Positions 38,379 through 51,359 of a stretch of 64,000 nucleotides of DNA are shown one piece after another (positions within the stretch are counted from its first letter, which is position 1; each line of letters begins with the position of its first letter). The notes beneath the pieces were generated by a model that was given only the letters and a program-made list of their open reading frames with translations, did no database searches and was not told where the DNA came from. The position numbers and the translations under genes were made by a program. Source of the stretch: Squalus acanthias (taxonomy: Eukaryota); the NCBI GenBank assembly GCA_030390025.1, contig CM059431.1:152708001-152772000 (forward strand). The letters run 5' to 3'.

Positions 38379-39027
38379 GTAAGTCAATGCATCCTGTTGT
38401 TTAATAGCTGATGACGATCTCACTGTTAATGATTATGTAACTGATTCCGTGATGGGTCTCACTGCAGAGTCACTTATCCACCGGGATAATTTGGTGAATA
38501 TCAGCGGGAATCCTCGCAGTTCGCCCTGCCGGTTAGGCGCTATTCTATCCGGTAGATCTTGGGCACGGGGCACTCAAACTCCCTCTCTACACTGAGGCGA
38601 GGGTGATTCCCCGGCCCCTCCAACAGTACATAGTCCTGTAAAGAATGTGTTGCTTAGTGTCCATAGTATTTATTTCATTTGTCCCGTGGTTCCCTGTCTA
38701 TTTTAAGTTGATAATTGCTCGGACTGCAGCTAACTCCACCCAACAGCTGAATGTTTTATTGAATCCAGATATTTCCAGTAATTGCTGCGAAATTATATTT
38801 AACCACTGCCTGAAGTATGGGGGAAGGGACTCGGATTTTGAGTCACTCTATACTGAATATTCAATGTTTCATTCCTTTTAATTCAAATCTCCTCAACGCT
38901 CGCCTATATGGCAACAAATCAGTGTCCGTAACGCCAAGTAGGGACACATCTGAGCATTTTCCCACAATATGCTGTGAGATTTATCTGACTATCCCCGTTA
39001 CTGACCTATTCTCCCTCTTCCTTACAG

Positions 39028-39926
39028 CGAACCTACTGACAATCCTGATTCTCTCCAGAGGAAATTGTTGCCTTTCCAAATGTATCTCGGTCTACATGGT
39101 AGCCATGGCGACAGCAGATCTACTGGTCATCATCTTCCATATACTGGTGTTTCAGATTTTCTGTAACCACTTTCCGCATTCATTCCTGTCCTACACTGCC
39201 GTGTGTAAGTCCATTCATTACATCAATACCGTCACCCTGGATATGTCGGTGTGGTTTACAGTCTTGTTTACTTTTGATCGATTTGTAACAATATGTTGTC
39301 AGAAGTTTAAAACAAGGTATTGCACAGTGAGAACTGCGGCAGCTGTTTTAACAACTGTCCTTGTGCTGGTCTGTATAGAGAATATCCCCTTTCTTTTCTC
39401 CTATGTACCTCAACGAATCATTAACAATGTTTCCTGGGGATGCCGCGCCAATGTAGCCTTTTATTTATCGCCTGCAGGCATAGCCTATTTCCGCATTCAA
39501 AGTATTTTAGTTCCATGGTTTGCTGTTGCTTTGATATTACTGTTTAATTGTTTGACAGTCAGACGAATTGTAGTAAGCAGCAGGGCCCGCAGGGGACTCC
39601 GGGGTCACTGCAGTGAGAATCAGAGCGATCCAGAGATGGAGAGCCGGAGGAAATCCATAATTTTACTGTTTACTGTATCGGGCAGTTTTATACTGTTGTG
39701 GTTGACATCTGCCGTGAGTACTTTCACGGACACCGTGGCCGTTTACTACAAAGGTGAGTATGAAACCCCTGCATACATCCTGGCTGAAAGCGGATATATG
39801 CTCATGTATTTGAGTTCCTGTACAAACACCTGCATTTATGCAGCGACCCAAACCCATTTCAGGCAAGAGTTAGTGAAGATGGTAAAATCTCCTTGGACAT
39901 TGATTCTGATATTGGTGAAAAAATGA
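39028..39926 (+). CDS. GPR139-like class A GPCR, paralog B, exon 2
   Basis: Acceptor ctccctcttccttacag ending 39027; ANLLTILILSRG, TFDRF, SSCTNTCIY; spliced product 322 aa. Confidence 0.9.
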
Positions 39927-40964
39927 TGAATTAAACCATAGCTTCCTGTCCTAACTAGAGCTCAATTACAGCCCGTGTTCCGTTTTAGAATGCAATATTT
40001 CCCTTGGGGCAAAAGCCGATTGTTTTTGTGAAAATGAACATGTATCAATAAATATTTCTCCCTCTTTGTGCCGGGTGCTTGATGTCTGCTGCTTTCCCCG
40101 GGTGAACATAATCGATACCCGCTAAAACAGCGCCATTCCCGCTGAAGATTCAAAGGGAACCGTAATGACTGAGCTTCAATAGTGGAGTAGAACATATGTG
40201 CGTCAGCGTTAACTACCTCACACAGCAGCTACTGGAAGGAGGCGCTCAGTTTAATTAACAGATAGACATTCCTTTAGTGTGGAAACAATGAAGGATTTTA
40301 AAATCATGCTTATTTGTAATTCTGTTATCTTGGTGTGAATGTTGCAGGCGCTGGACTCCCCATCAGACTACGCCCCCTATTGTCTCCTGGACCAATAGAA
40401 CGGGGCCCTGTCTCCTGATCAGTGTCTAATGATGGAGACAGTAGGAACTTGTCTCGTCAATGTGACATTAGACATCTTTGTTCACAGATATTTACTGAAA
40501 ATCTCAACTGGTCAACGAAATTGTGGAATGTTATGAGAGGGGAAACAACTGTTTAACCCAATCAGTCCTTCTCAGCGTTTACCCTCCAGCCGATCAAATA
40601 GTTCCAGTCACTTTATCCGTCCGGTCTCAACATTACTTCAGACATCTATACAATTAGTCTCAAATATTGAAATAATTTCTGCCTCTGTTAATTTCAGAGC
40701 TACACCACTCTCCGTGTAAAGAGGAGTCTACGACCATCCGTTCTAAATCACTTCAATCCATTTTTAATCTATAGCAGTTATTTCAAGATCCCTCAAATAA
40801 TGGCAGCAGTCTGCTTCTTTTCATTCTGTCCCGGACCTTCTTAACCTAAAGCACCTGGGCACAACTCGCCAAAAATCTCATCCTGGTACCAATTCACAAT
40901 CTAGTGCAAGTCAGGTAAGTTTAGTTATATAGTTAATTGATTGCTTTCTTTTGGAGATGAAAGC

Positions 40965-43900
40965 GGTTTATATAGGATATACAGCACAGAAACAGGCCTT
41001 TCGGCCCAACCAGTCCATGTCGGCGTTTAAGCTCCACTCGAGCCTCCTTTCATCTTTCCTCATCTAACTCTATCAGCACAACCCTCTATTCCCTTCCCCC
41101 TCATATGCTTATCTAGCCTCCCTTCAAATGTGTCTATACTGTTTGCTTGAACCACTCCCTGTGGTAGCGAGGGTCACATCCTCACATTCTATCGGTAAGA
41201 ACTTTCTTATGAATTCCGTATTTGATTTCTTGGTGACTATCTTACATTGATGGCCTTTAGTTTGACTCTTCCCCACCAGTGGAAACATTCTCTCTGAGTC
41301 TACTCTATATCAAAACCTTTCCATTTTAAAGACCTCTATTAGGTCACACCCCAGCCTTCTCTTTTCAATAGAAAAGAGACCCAGCCTGTTCATACTTTCC
41401 TGATAGGTATATCCTCGCAATTCTTCTATCATCCTTGTAAATCTTTTTTGCACCCTCTCCAGTGCCTCTATATCTTTTCTATAATATGGCGACCAGAATT
41501 GTACACAGTTATCCAAGTGTGGTATGACTAAGGTTCGATACCAGTTTAGCATAATTCTATACTTATCATTTCTAATTCCGCTTGAAATAAACTCTAGTGC
41601 TTGGTTTGCTTTTTTATGCGTCGCTAGCTTTTATAAACCAGTGGTGCTAGTTTCAGTGATTTGTGTATTTGTAATCCAAGATCGCTTTGCTCTTCTATCT
41701 CATTTAAATTCTTATTTCCCAAGTAATTTGTGACCACCTTACTTTTCTGACCTAAATGTAATACCTTCCATTTATCTGTGTTGAAATCAATTTGACAATT
41801 ATATGCCCATTCTGCAAATTTATTCATGTCTTCTTGTAATTTGTTGCAGTCCTCCTCAGTATTGATTATCACAGCTCCACCTCCCAATTTGGTGACATCC
41901 GCCAATTTAGAAATTGTGTTTTTGATTTCAAAGTCTAAATTGTTAATATAAATTATGAACAATCATGGTTCCAGCACTGACCATTGTGTAACCCCACTTT
42001 CCACATTCTGCCACTCCGTATAGCTAACCTTTACCCCTATTCTCTGATTTCTGTCTTGAGGCCAGCTCGCTATTCTTTCTGCTACATATCACCTAACTCT
42101 GCATTCTCTGATCTTTTTCATCAGTCTGTTATGTATTACTTTATCGAAGGCTTTTTTGAAATCTTGATAAATTATGCCTACTACTTTACCCTTGTCTACG
42201 CTCTCTGTTAGCTCTTCAAAGAATTCAATGAGTGTGGTCAAACAAGACTTTTTCTTTTGAAATGCATGCTGATTATTCAAGATTAGATTTTTGGCTTCTC
42301 GGTGTTCTTCTTATTTTTTCCTTTAGTAGGGATTCCATTATTATTCCTACCACCGATGTTATGCTGACTTAACTATAGTCCCACGGACATGTTCCATCTC
42401 CCTTCTTAAATATAGGTATTACATTAGCTATCCGCCAGTCCTTTTGTACTATACCTTCTTCTAACGAATTATTACATATGTGTAATAGTGCCTCTTTTAT
42501 CGCTTCCCTAGATTCCTTTAATAATGCGGTTATATCATTTCTAATCTCATCTTCCGATGTCACGTCTACCTGACCGTCTCCCTGGTAAATACTGAAATTA
42601 AGTAATTACATCATATTTCTGGCATTTCGCTATCGCTGCCTGTGATTTTATACTGGCCGTTACTTAATGGCCCTATTCCCATCGCGACTTTCCTTTTTTC
42701 CTTTTTTATTTATGTGCCTGTAGAATATTTTATTACATTGTTTTATGTTCCTTGCTAATTTAATCGCATGGTTCCCCTGTGCCTTCCTATTTTTTTTTAC
42801 TTCTCTCCTAATGTCTTTGTATTCTCCCTTGCCATGCGCCCCCCCTATTGTCCATTTTCCTAGTTTATGCCTGTTTCCTTATCCTCAATTTGTTTCCTTA
42901 TGTCTTTATTCATCCATGGCGTCTCATTAGTGTGTAGCTTGTTCTTTATATTTAGTGGAATATATTTTTCCTGCACTCTGCTGAATACCGTTTTAACTGT
43001 TTCCCATTGTTGGTCTACATCATTGCTTGCCGATATGTTGTACATTTTATTTTCCCAAGTTCTATTCTCAGCCCTTAAAATCGCCTTTTCTCCAATCTGT
43101 TACCCTGATCATCGTCATACTTATGTCCTTCTCAATTATTACCTGAAAGCGTATTATATTATGGTCACTGTTACCTAGATGCTGCCCCACTTTTACTTCT
43201 CTTGTCTGCTCTGGTTCATTCCCCATTACTCGATCCAGTAGCTAATTCTCACTTTTCGGCTTCTTACATATTGCGTTAGAAAGGAGTCCTTTGAACATAG
43301 TCGGAACTCCATTCCCTTGTCCCCTTTACCTAGCTCTTCTGCCCAATTAATTTCGGGGCAGTTTAAATTTACCATTATTATTATTCATTTTTTACTAATT
43401 TTTCGAATTTGTTTCCATATTTCTTCCTTCATCTCTTCTTCTTCCACCATTAATGGTCTATAGACTACCTCTATTAGTGTGGTTCATTATCTTTTATCTC
43501 TATCCACGTGGATTCTATTTGTGTCTTACTGATAGCTGTGTCATTTTTTACTGCCATTATTTTATCTCTATTAAGCACAGCTAACCCACTTCCCTTTTCC
43601 CCTCTCTATCTTAACTAAATATGTTATACCCTGCAATGTTTAATTCCCAGTTCTGATTTTTCTGTAGACATGGCTCAGTATTCCCTACAATATCTGGTTC
43701 CTCGCAACGAAATATTGCCTCCAGTTCCCCTGATTTATTACGGACAGAGTGTGCATCGCTGTACAGAGTTTAACTCATGTTTAATAGCAGTTCTAGTCAC
43801 TTTATTTTCAAACATATTTTTACTCTCTAGTTCTATAACTCTATTTAACACCTAGAGTCTATGTCCTCCCTTAGTTTATTCCTTCCTATGCTCTCCGTTC

Positions 43901-45410
43901 CTGTTTCGTTTATATTTAGTCTGTTTTTATTTCTTATAGATCCCTTGTTACGAATGCTTGGTGCATTCAGATAAACAGCCTTTAATTTTAACCTTTTTAC
44001 CATTATCCCCTGCTTTTTCCTTAATCGCTGATGCACTATTACCATTAAGCTCTCTTTTCTTTCCAGTCACACTCTGCTTATCTTTATCGAAATCGATACA
44101 CTGCTCCATTGCCTTGACTTTTAGTTTAAAGCCCCATCAACAGTCAGTGTTATTCGATTCACCATGATACAGGTCCCAGCCCGGTTTAAGTGGAGCCCCT
44201 TCCATATGGAACAGCTCACTCTTTCTCCAGTACTGGTGCCAGTGCCCATGAATCGAAACATTTTCCTGCCAAACCATTCTTCCAGCAAACATTTAACTCT
44301 CAGTTCTGCTTATCCTTATTGCAATTTGCACGTGGCTGAGGTTTCAATCCAGAAATTATTACTTTTGAGGTCCTGCGTTTTAAATTGTCTGCTCGCTCCT
44401 CAAACTCTCTCAGCAGAACCTCATTCCTAGTTCGACATATGTCAGTGGTTCCGACGTGGACCATGACAGCTGGATTCTTCCCCTCCCACTCCAAATGTTT
44501 CTCCAGCTGTGGGGAGATATCCTTAAAGCCTTCGGTACACCCGGTCGTGGCTGCAGAGAACAGTCTCTAGCCCCCTGAGTATACTGTCCCCTACCACAAC
44601 TACATTCATTTTCACTCCCCCCACTCGAATGGCCTCCTATACCACGGTGCCATGGTCAGTTTGCTCATCCATACTGCAGACTTTGCCCTCATCCACACAG
44701 GCAGCAAGCACCTCATACCTGCTGAATACGTACTAAGCCGAGGCTACTCCAGCACTGCACCTGGGGTCCCCTTACCAGCCTGAGTCACAGTCACACCCTC
44801 CTGTCCCTCACCACTAACCAGGCCTGTTCCACTACCTAACCTAAGGGGTGTGACTGCCTCCAGGAGCAAAGTGTCCAGGTAACTCTCCCCCGCCCTGATG
44901 CCTCGCAATGTCTGCACCTCGATCTCCTGTTGAACAACTCCGAGCTGAAGTTCCTCGAGGTGCAGGCACTAACTGCAGACATGGTCGTTAGGGATCGCGA
45001 TGCTCGCCACAAACATTAAACGTGATGTTGTTGCGGCACACAACCTGCACTGCCATCACTATACAACCCCGTTTTAGTTATTTAATTAATTAATGTTTAT
45101 GCATTCAACTAACTTAGCTCATGGTTTAGTTTTTAACGACTTACTACATCTAGTTTTAGTTATAGGTTGAACCCACTTCGCTAGCTTAGAGAGCAAAATA
45201 ACCTGTAATACTCAGCAACAAATCACCGACCTGGTGTCCTGTGACGTCACTCCTTGATAATTTGTTGTTGTTTTTGAATTTCCCGAATAAATATGCCGCT
45301 GCTGCTCAGGTCTGCTCCGCCCCAGGATCTTTTCTCCCGCTGCTTTTATGCCGCCGCTCCTCATCTTGCTCAGGTCTGCTTTCATGGTTCTGTCCTTTCT
45401 GGTACTGAGC
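40965..45410 (-). mobile_element. Degenerate CR1, mirror copy of 10760-15260
   Basis: Same 5' UTR, ORF1 and ORF2 remnants in inverted orientation. Confidence 0.9.
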
Positions 45411-46278
45411 AATTAGAGGAATGTAATTGATAGCTTGGCTACTACAAGAAACATCTGAACCATGCAGGGGGAGATTTTTATTAAACATCGACAGAACCCC
45501 TACCCCGTCTCCCAGTAGATAGCCAGAAATGGCAGGGATGGCTTGTATCGGATGCCTCCAGCTGCCTGATCTTGGGTTATCGCTGTGTGTGCTGAAGTGA
45601 AGTGTTGCCCGTGAATGCGATATCAGCATGCGATGCGCATGATGAAGATGCCGTGAAGAATGGATCCAAGACATGGTCAGTCACGCTGGCATCAGCACTA
45701 CAAAAAATGTTTCATGTGGCTCTGGAGAGAATAATGTGTAAAGCAAATGGGTAGAGATCTGCAGAAGAGAATCCATCCAGATAGATATATGATGCTGATG
45801 AGATGCTTTTTAGTGTTGGCCTTAAGTAATCTAACGCCAACAGTGGGGTATTGTAAGGAAAGTGTTAATCAGCCTGTCCTAAAGTTTGCGAATGTTACAC
45901 AGTATTGGTTTATCTTTCTATAACTTTAATGTTCATATTTAGCCTTGGACTATTAAGCAGGGATGCACAAGTTTAAATAAAGTAACAGTGGACTGATGTG
46001 CCAGGGCCGTTCCTGCTGCAATGGTCAGTCTCAGGATGAAGTAATAATAGGTTTATATAACACATGTCATTGCAAACTGATTCATAAATTTCAGAGAACG
46101 TTAATCATTTGCTACAATTTGGGATGACAGTGAGTTCCAGAAAGGAAAACATCGGGGCATACATCATCATTTTAATTGGGACAAAAGTTTCAGAAACAAA
46201 TGTAAATTTATAATTAACCGTTTCACTTGGTAGAATTGAAATGTTGTGGATCAAGAGTGAAACTCTCGATAAGATAAT

Positions 46279-47032
46279 GGGCCAGAAATTCGGCTGTTGT
46301 CGGGTGAGTACGCGCTGTGCACTCACCCGTAAGGCCACCTGAAGTGCCGGATTCCTGCATGCACTGCGCATGCGCGGGAAACCGGAACTTCCGTCCCCTG
46401 AAGGGAGGGGTACAGAAGTTGAACGCGTGCGCGGGAGAGGCTGCGAACTTCAGGTTCTTTTTCAGGTTTCTCCGGGAAGGTTAGTATGAGGAAGCTGCAC
46501 TTTTAAAAAAGGAGGCGCAAGTCCTGTTTTTAGCAAGGTAAGTGGTTAATTAATTACAATTTAAACATTTTTTCAACAGGTTTTTCTTTTTTAGATACTT
46601 TAAAGAAAGGTAAGTTTATTTTGAGCACCCTTAAAAAGGATAATTAATTTTTTCAAAAAGTTAAATTTTTGTTTGAAGTAGTTAGTTTATGTAACTTATA
46701 GTTATTTTAAAAATGTGATGTTTTATAAAAAATGTATTTGAAGTTTAAGTGTGTTTTTGGGGCCGATCTCTATTCATAGATTTGACAGGTCTTCCTGTCA
46801 AATCTATGAATGAAAATGCCCTGCTAGGATTGGCTCTACATTGCCCACGTGATCCCAGGGGACGCTTCAAACTAACTGCGCCCCTGGGGTACACAAGCAC
46901 TGCGCGCCAGCAGCTGCAGGAGGCCCAGGACCCGAAGTCTTCGTGGGCCCAAAGCACAACTGCAGGCGTGGTCGGCAAGTACGCGCGCGATGCTTGCACC
47001 CGCAGGAAGCTGGAAAGCCGAATTTCTGGCCC
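46279..47032. mobile_element. Harbinger/PIF-like MITE (MITE-2, 754 bp)
   Basis: Perfect 17-bp TIR gggccagaaattcggct; AAT duplicated on both sides. Confidence 0.9.
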
Positions 47033-47104
47033 AATGACTCTAAGGGAATTACGCTAGTAAGCCCACCAGACAAAATTGATTGTTCAGTAAGGAAACCCAT
47101 CCCT

Positions 47105-47697
47105 ATTGTTTTGGACGGCCTTAAGATTACATAGGGTGGATTGTGAGAGGCCAGCCAGGAGTGCATTGCATTAGGCAAGTCTAGAGGTAACAAAGGCATG
47201 GATGAGGGTTTCAGCAGCAGATGAGCTGAGGCAGGGCCGGTGACGGGCAATGTTATGGAGGTGGAAATAGGCGGTCTTATGCCGCTGATATGTGGTTGCA
47301 AGCTCATTCAGGGTCGAATATGACACGAAGGTTACGAACAGTCTGTTTCAGCCTCAGACAGATGCTCGGGAGAGGGATGGAGTCGGTGACTATGGAACGG
47401 TGTTTGTGGAGGGGACTGAAGACAATGGCTTCGGTCTTCCCAATATTTAAGTGTAGACAATTTCTACTCATCCAGTACTGGATGTCGGACAAACAGTCTG
47501 ACAATTTAGAGACGGTGGAGGGGTTGAGAGTAGAGGTGGTGAGGTAGAGCTGGGTGTCGTCAGCGTACATGTGGAAACTGACGCCATCTTTTCGGATGAT
47601 GTCGCCAAGGGGCAGCATAGAGTGGAGAAATAGGAGGGGAGCAAGAATACATCCTTGGGGGACCTCAGAGGAAATGATGCGGGAGTGGGAAGAGGGA
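47105..47697 (-). mobile_element. L2 LINE fragment, mirror of 7694-8280
   Basis: VPQGCILAPLLF, FHMYADDTQLY. Confidence 0.88.
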
Positions 47698-48532
47698 ATT
47701 TCGCTTCTAAGCCCAACAGACAAAGAGAACGTTACGCAAATAAATCTACCCTTATTGATCAAGGATAAGTCGATGAAAGACTCCATATATGGAGTTACAT
47801 TTGAACTATCATAAAGTTATATAATGCATCATTGTGTGGATGGTCACAGAGAGTGAGTGAGACAATTGTAATCAAATTGGCTGTTTGTACTGCGTATTCT
47901 GATTCTTAAAAGCTTAAGATACTGAGCTGAGAACTGTAAGACGTTTCAATCGCCAAGCAACCATCATCAGGTGCGGCTACAACTTTCAACTGTATGTTTA
48001 AGTACTATTGCATGGGCTGTGTGCTCAATAAACCTGTGACACCTCACGTCAATTTTCAAAAACCTTATTGAAAACTTTACTCGAACAACAGCCTGAGTAC
48101 TTTAATAGTCCGTGGTGTTCATATATAATTTGTGACTAAGTGCCCCTTGACGCGTCACTCGTTCACGTTCCACTTTAAGCTGACCTTCTGAAAACAAACA
48201 AACTCCACTTGGTTTCAGGACCCTGGAGCCCCGGCTCTGCAAATCCGGCTCGCATCCAGCTTCTGGAGAAGTGGTGATGAGTTGCTGGCGGGTCTGAGAA
48301 GTAGGTTGATTCTCATTTGAGTAGTTTTATATGACGAACACTATATATGCCAAGAATCAGGCAGCAGGTTTGGGTTTTAATTCCGTCAGCCAGCGATGTA
48401 TCTGCACCCAGCGACAATCGTGAGAAGGCGTCGTCAAACATGGCCGAAAGTACGTCACAGAAACATGGCCGACGGCACGTCAGACTGCCAGCAAACACAG
48501 AGGGAGAGAGATTCACGCTGACTGAAGCTCAA

Positions 48533-48930
48533 TGACACACAGAGACTGGCGTCACACAGACTGCAGGGAGCGTCACACAGACAGCAGACAGAGTCACACA
48601 CTTTGCAGACTGATGTCACACAGAACGCAGGCAGAGTCACACACACTGCAGAATTACGTCACACAGACTGCAGACTGACGTCAAACAGAACGCAAAGAGA
48701 GTCACACCGACTGCAAAATTCCACCACACAGACTGCAGAATTCCGCCACACAGACTGCAAATTGACGTCACACAGACTGCAGGCAGCGTCACACAGATTG
48801 CACACTGACGTCACACAAACTGCAGACTGACGTCATACAGACGGCAGTCTGACGTCACACAGGGTGTAGACTGACGTAAGCCATACTGCAGATTGATGTC
48901 ACACATCCTACAGACTGCACGGTGTCACCA
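48533..48930 (-). repeat. 20-22 bp minisatellite, mirror of 5808-6578
   Basis: tgacgtcacacagactgcagac units. Confidence 0.92.
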
Positions 48931-48939
48931 GAGGACGGG

Positions 48940-49885
48940 GAATCATAGAATTATAGAATGGTTACCGCAGAGAAGGAGTCTATTCGGCCTGTCGAGCCCC
49001 TGCCGGCTCCATGCAACAGCACTTCAGCGAGTCTCACTCCCCCGCCCTTCCGCCGTAGCCCTGGAATTTCTTATCCTTCAGGCACTTATCCAATTCCCTT
49101 TTGCACGTCACGATTGAAACTGCTTCCACCATCCTCTCAGGCAGTGCATTCCAGATCCTAACCTCTTGCTGTGTAAAAAAATGTTCTTCCTCATGACGCC
49201 TTTTGTTTTTCTGGCAATCAACTTAAATCTGTGTCCTCTGGTTCTCGACCCTTCCGCCATTGGAAAGTTTCTCTCTGCCTACTCTCTCTAGACACCCCTA
49301 CTCTGTCGAGCACCTCTATCAAATCTCCTGTCAACCTTCTCTGCTCCAAGGAGAACAAAAACAGCGTCTTTAATCTATCCACATAACTGAAGTCACTCAT
49401 CCCTGGAACCATTTTTGTAAAACTTTTCAGCACCCTCTCTAAGGCCTTCACATCCTTCCTACAGTGTCCTGCGCAGAATTGGACACAATACTCCATTTGA
49501 GGCCGAACCAGTGTTTTATAAAGGTTCATCACAACTTCCTTGCTTTTGCACTCTATGCCTCTATTTATGAAGCCCAGGAGCCCGTATGCTTTTTTAACCG
49601 CTTTCTCAAAATGCCCTGCCACCCTCATCGATTTGTGCACATATACCCCCAGGTCTTCTGTATTCATGCACCCCCTTTAGAATTGTACCCTTTAGTTTAT
49701 ATGGCCTCACCTCGTTCTTCCTATCAAAATGTCTCACTACACAATTTTCGGCGTTAAATTTCATCTGCCACGTGTCCTCCATTCCACCGGCCTTTCCATC
49801 TCCTCTTGAAGTCTATCACTATCTTCCTCACTGTTGACTATACTTCCTAGTTTTGTGTCACCTGTAAATTTTGAAATTGTGCCCT
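48940..49885 (-). mobile_element. CR1 3' fragment
   Basis: LVRPQMEYCVQF, GDLIEV; catagaa tail. Confidence 0.85.
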
Positions 49886-50029
49886 GGGGCAATCTGGCGA
49901 TTGTTAAGGGAATGGGGGAGATGGGGAGAAAGAGCAAAAGAAAAATCACAGCAGATGGGGGAAAGTAAACGGAAAGTGAGGCTTAAAAAATCCAGACAGG
50001 AAACAGAAAAAAACAGGTGAGAGCTTGAT

Positions 50030-50470
50030 GACCTACATTGGCTCCCAGCAAATAACGCCTCGATTTTAAAGTTCTCAAACTTATTTTCAAACCCCTCCAA
50101 GGCCTCGCCCCTCCTTATCTCTGTAATCTTCTCCAGCTCTATTATCCCCTTAGGTCACTGTGCTCTGCCTATTCTGGCCTTTTGAACATCCCCGATTTTA
50201 AATGCTCCGCCCCTGGCAGTCGTGTCTTCAGTCGCCTTGGGCCGAAGCTGTGCAATTCCCTCCCTAAATCTCTCTGCCTCTCCACTTCGCTTTCCTACTT
50301 TAAGACGCTCCTTAAAAACTACATCTTCGACCAAGCGCTTGTTTATCTGCCCTAACATCTCCTTATTTGGCTCGGTGTCCAATTTAGTTTTTTTTTTCAA
50401 ACTCCTGTGAAGCGCCTTGGGACGTTTTATTCCGGTAAAGGTGCTATATAAATATAAGCTGTTGTTGAAC
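50030..50470 (+). mobile_element. L2 LINE 3' end
   Basis: Similar to 8340-8720; ends gtaaaggtgctatataaat. Confidence 0.75.
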
Positions 50471-50540
50471 TAAAACAAAGAATCTTCTGGAAAAGAACAA
50501 TGGAAGTTATGGAATGAAATGAAAGTCTGAGAATTGTATC

Positions 50541-50880
50541 TGTGCAGGTGAGTGAGGTCCCCCACGGTAGATCAGCCCAATTCCCATCTTCTCTCAATGG
50601 TTGAAGATCTGAGCAATGTACCTGTGCAAGTGAGTGATGCCCAAAATGTTGGATCAGCCCAATGCCCATCTTCTCTCAATGGTTAAAGATCTGAGCAATG
50701 TACCTGTGCAGGTGAGTGAGCCCCGCCACCCTCCATGGTGGATCAGCCCAGTGCTCATCTGCTCTCGATGAATAAAGTTCTGAGCAATAAACCAGTGCAG
50801 GTGAGTGAGTCCCTCCACGGTGGATCAGCCCTCTGCTTGTCTGTACTTATCAGTTAAAGATCTGAGAAATGTACCTGTAC
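50541..50880 (+). repeat. ~82-bp tandem repeat, ~4 copies
   Basis: tgtgcaggtgagtgag...gatcagccc...gatctgagcaatgtacc units at ~50541, 50623, 50705, 50794. Confidence 0.85.
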
Positions 50881-50909
50881 CTGATACATCTGTGAGTGAG
50901 GCAAGTGAA

Positions 50910-51180
50910 TAATAGAGAGAGACACCACCACAGGGAAATAGATAAATGTGTCACTGAATACAGTGAGCGAAACAGAGAGACACCGACAGAGAGATAGATA
51001 AATGTGATACTGAATGCAGTGAAAGACACAGAAAGACACCAACAAAGGGAGATAGATAAAGGTGACACTAAATACAGTGAGTGACATCGAGAGACACCAA
51101 CAGAGGGAGATACATAAAGGTGAGACCAAATACAATGAGTAATACAGGAAGAAACCAACAGAGAGAGAGAGAAAGAACCA
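50910..51180 (+). repeat. Degenerate ~55-60 bp purine-rich tandem repeat
   Basis: gagacaccaacagagggagatagataaa...tacagtgag units. Confidence 0.7.
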
Positions 51181-51359
51181 GGTGTGCATTAATAAATATA
51201 GTGTCACGGGAAGGGAACAGTTTAATTAGGGTTGTGCTGACTATACCCCATTATAATGTCACCTTATCCTGTGTATCGGGGTAAAGGGAGCAGCACTGTT
51301 CTGTGTAAAACAAATTGACAATGTGAGGGCTCATTAAACACAGCCTGACTGAGGTAGAG

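Larger units (their letters stand above)
37925..48930 (-). repeat. Right arm of the inverted segmental duplication
   Basis: Reverse complement of ~5808-19300. Confidence 0.93.

Noticed and set aside
38817..39027. N-terminal extension of the 369-aa ORF
   Set aside because: Intronic read-through: there is a strong acceptor at 39027, a proper exon 1 at 38309-38378, and the equivalent region in paralog A is disrupted by a CR1 insertion
39915..39935. Frameshift pseudogenising paralog B
   Set aside because: The 1-nt difference only alters the last few residues (VKK* vs VNKMKN*) after helix 8
5808..48930. Inverted duplication as an assembly artefact
   Set aside because: Arms differ by roughly 10% and by arm-specific insertions, which is not expected of a mis-assembled identical sequence
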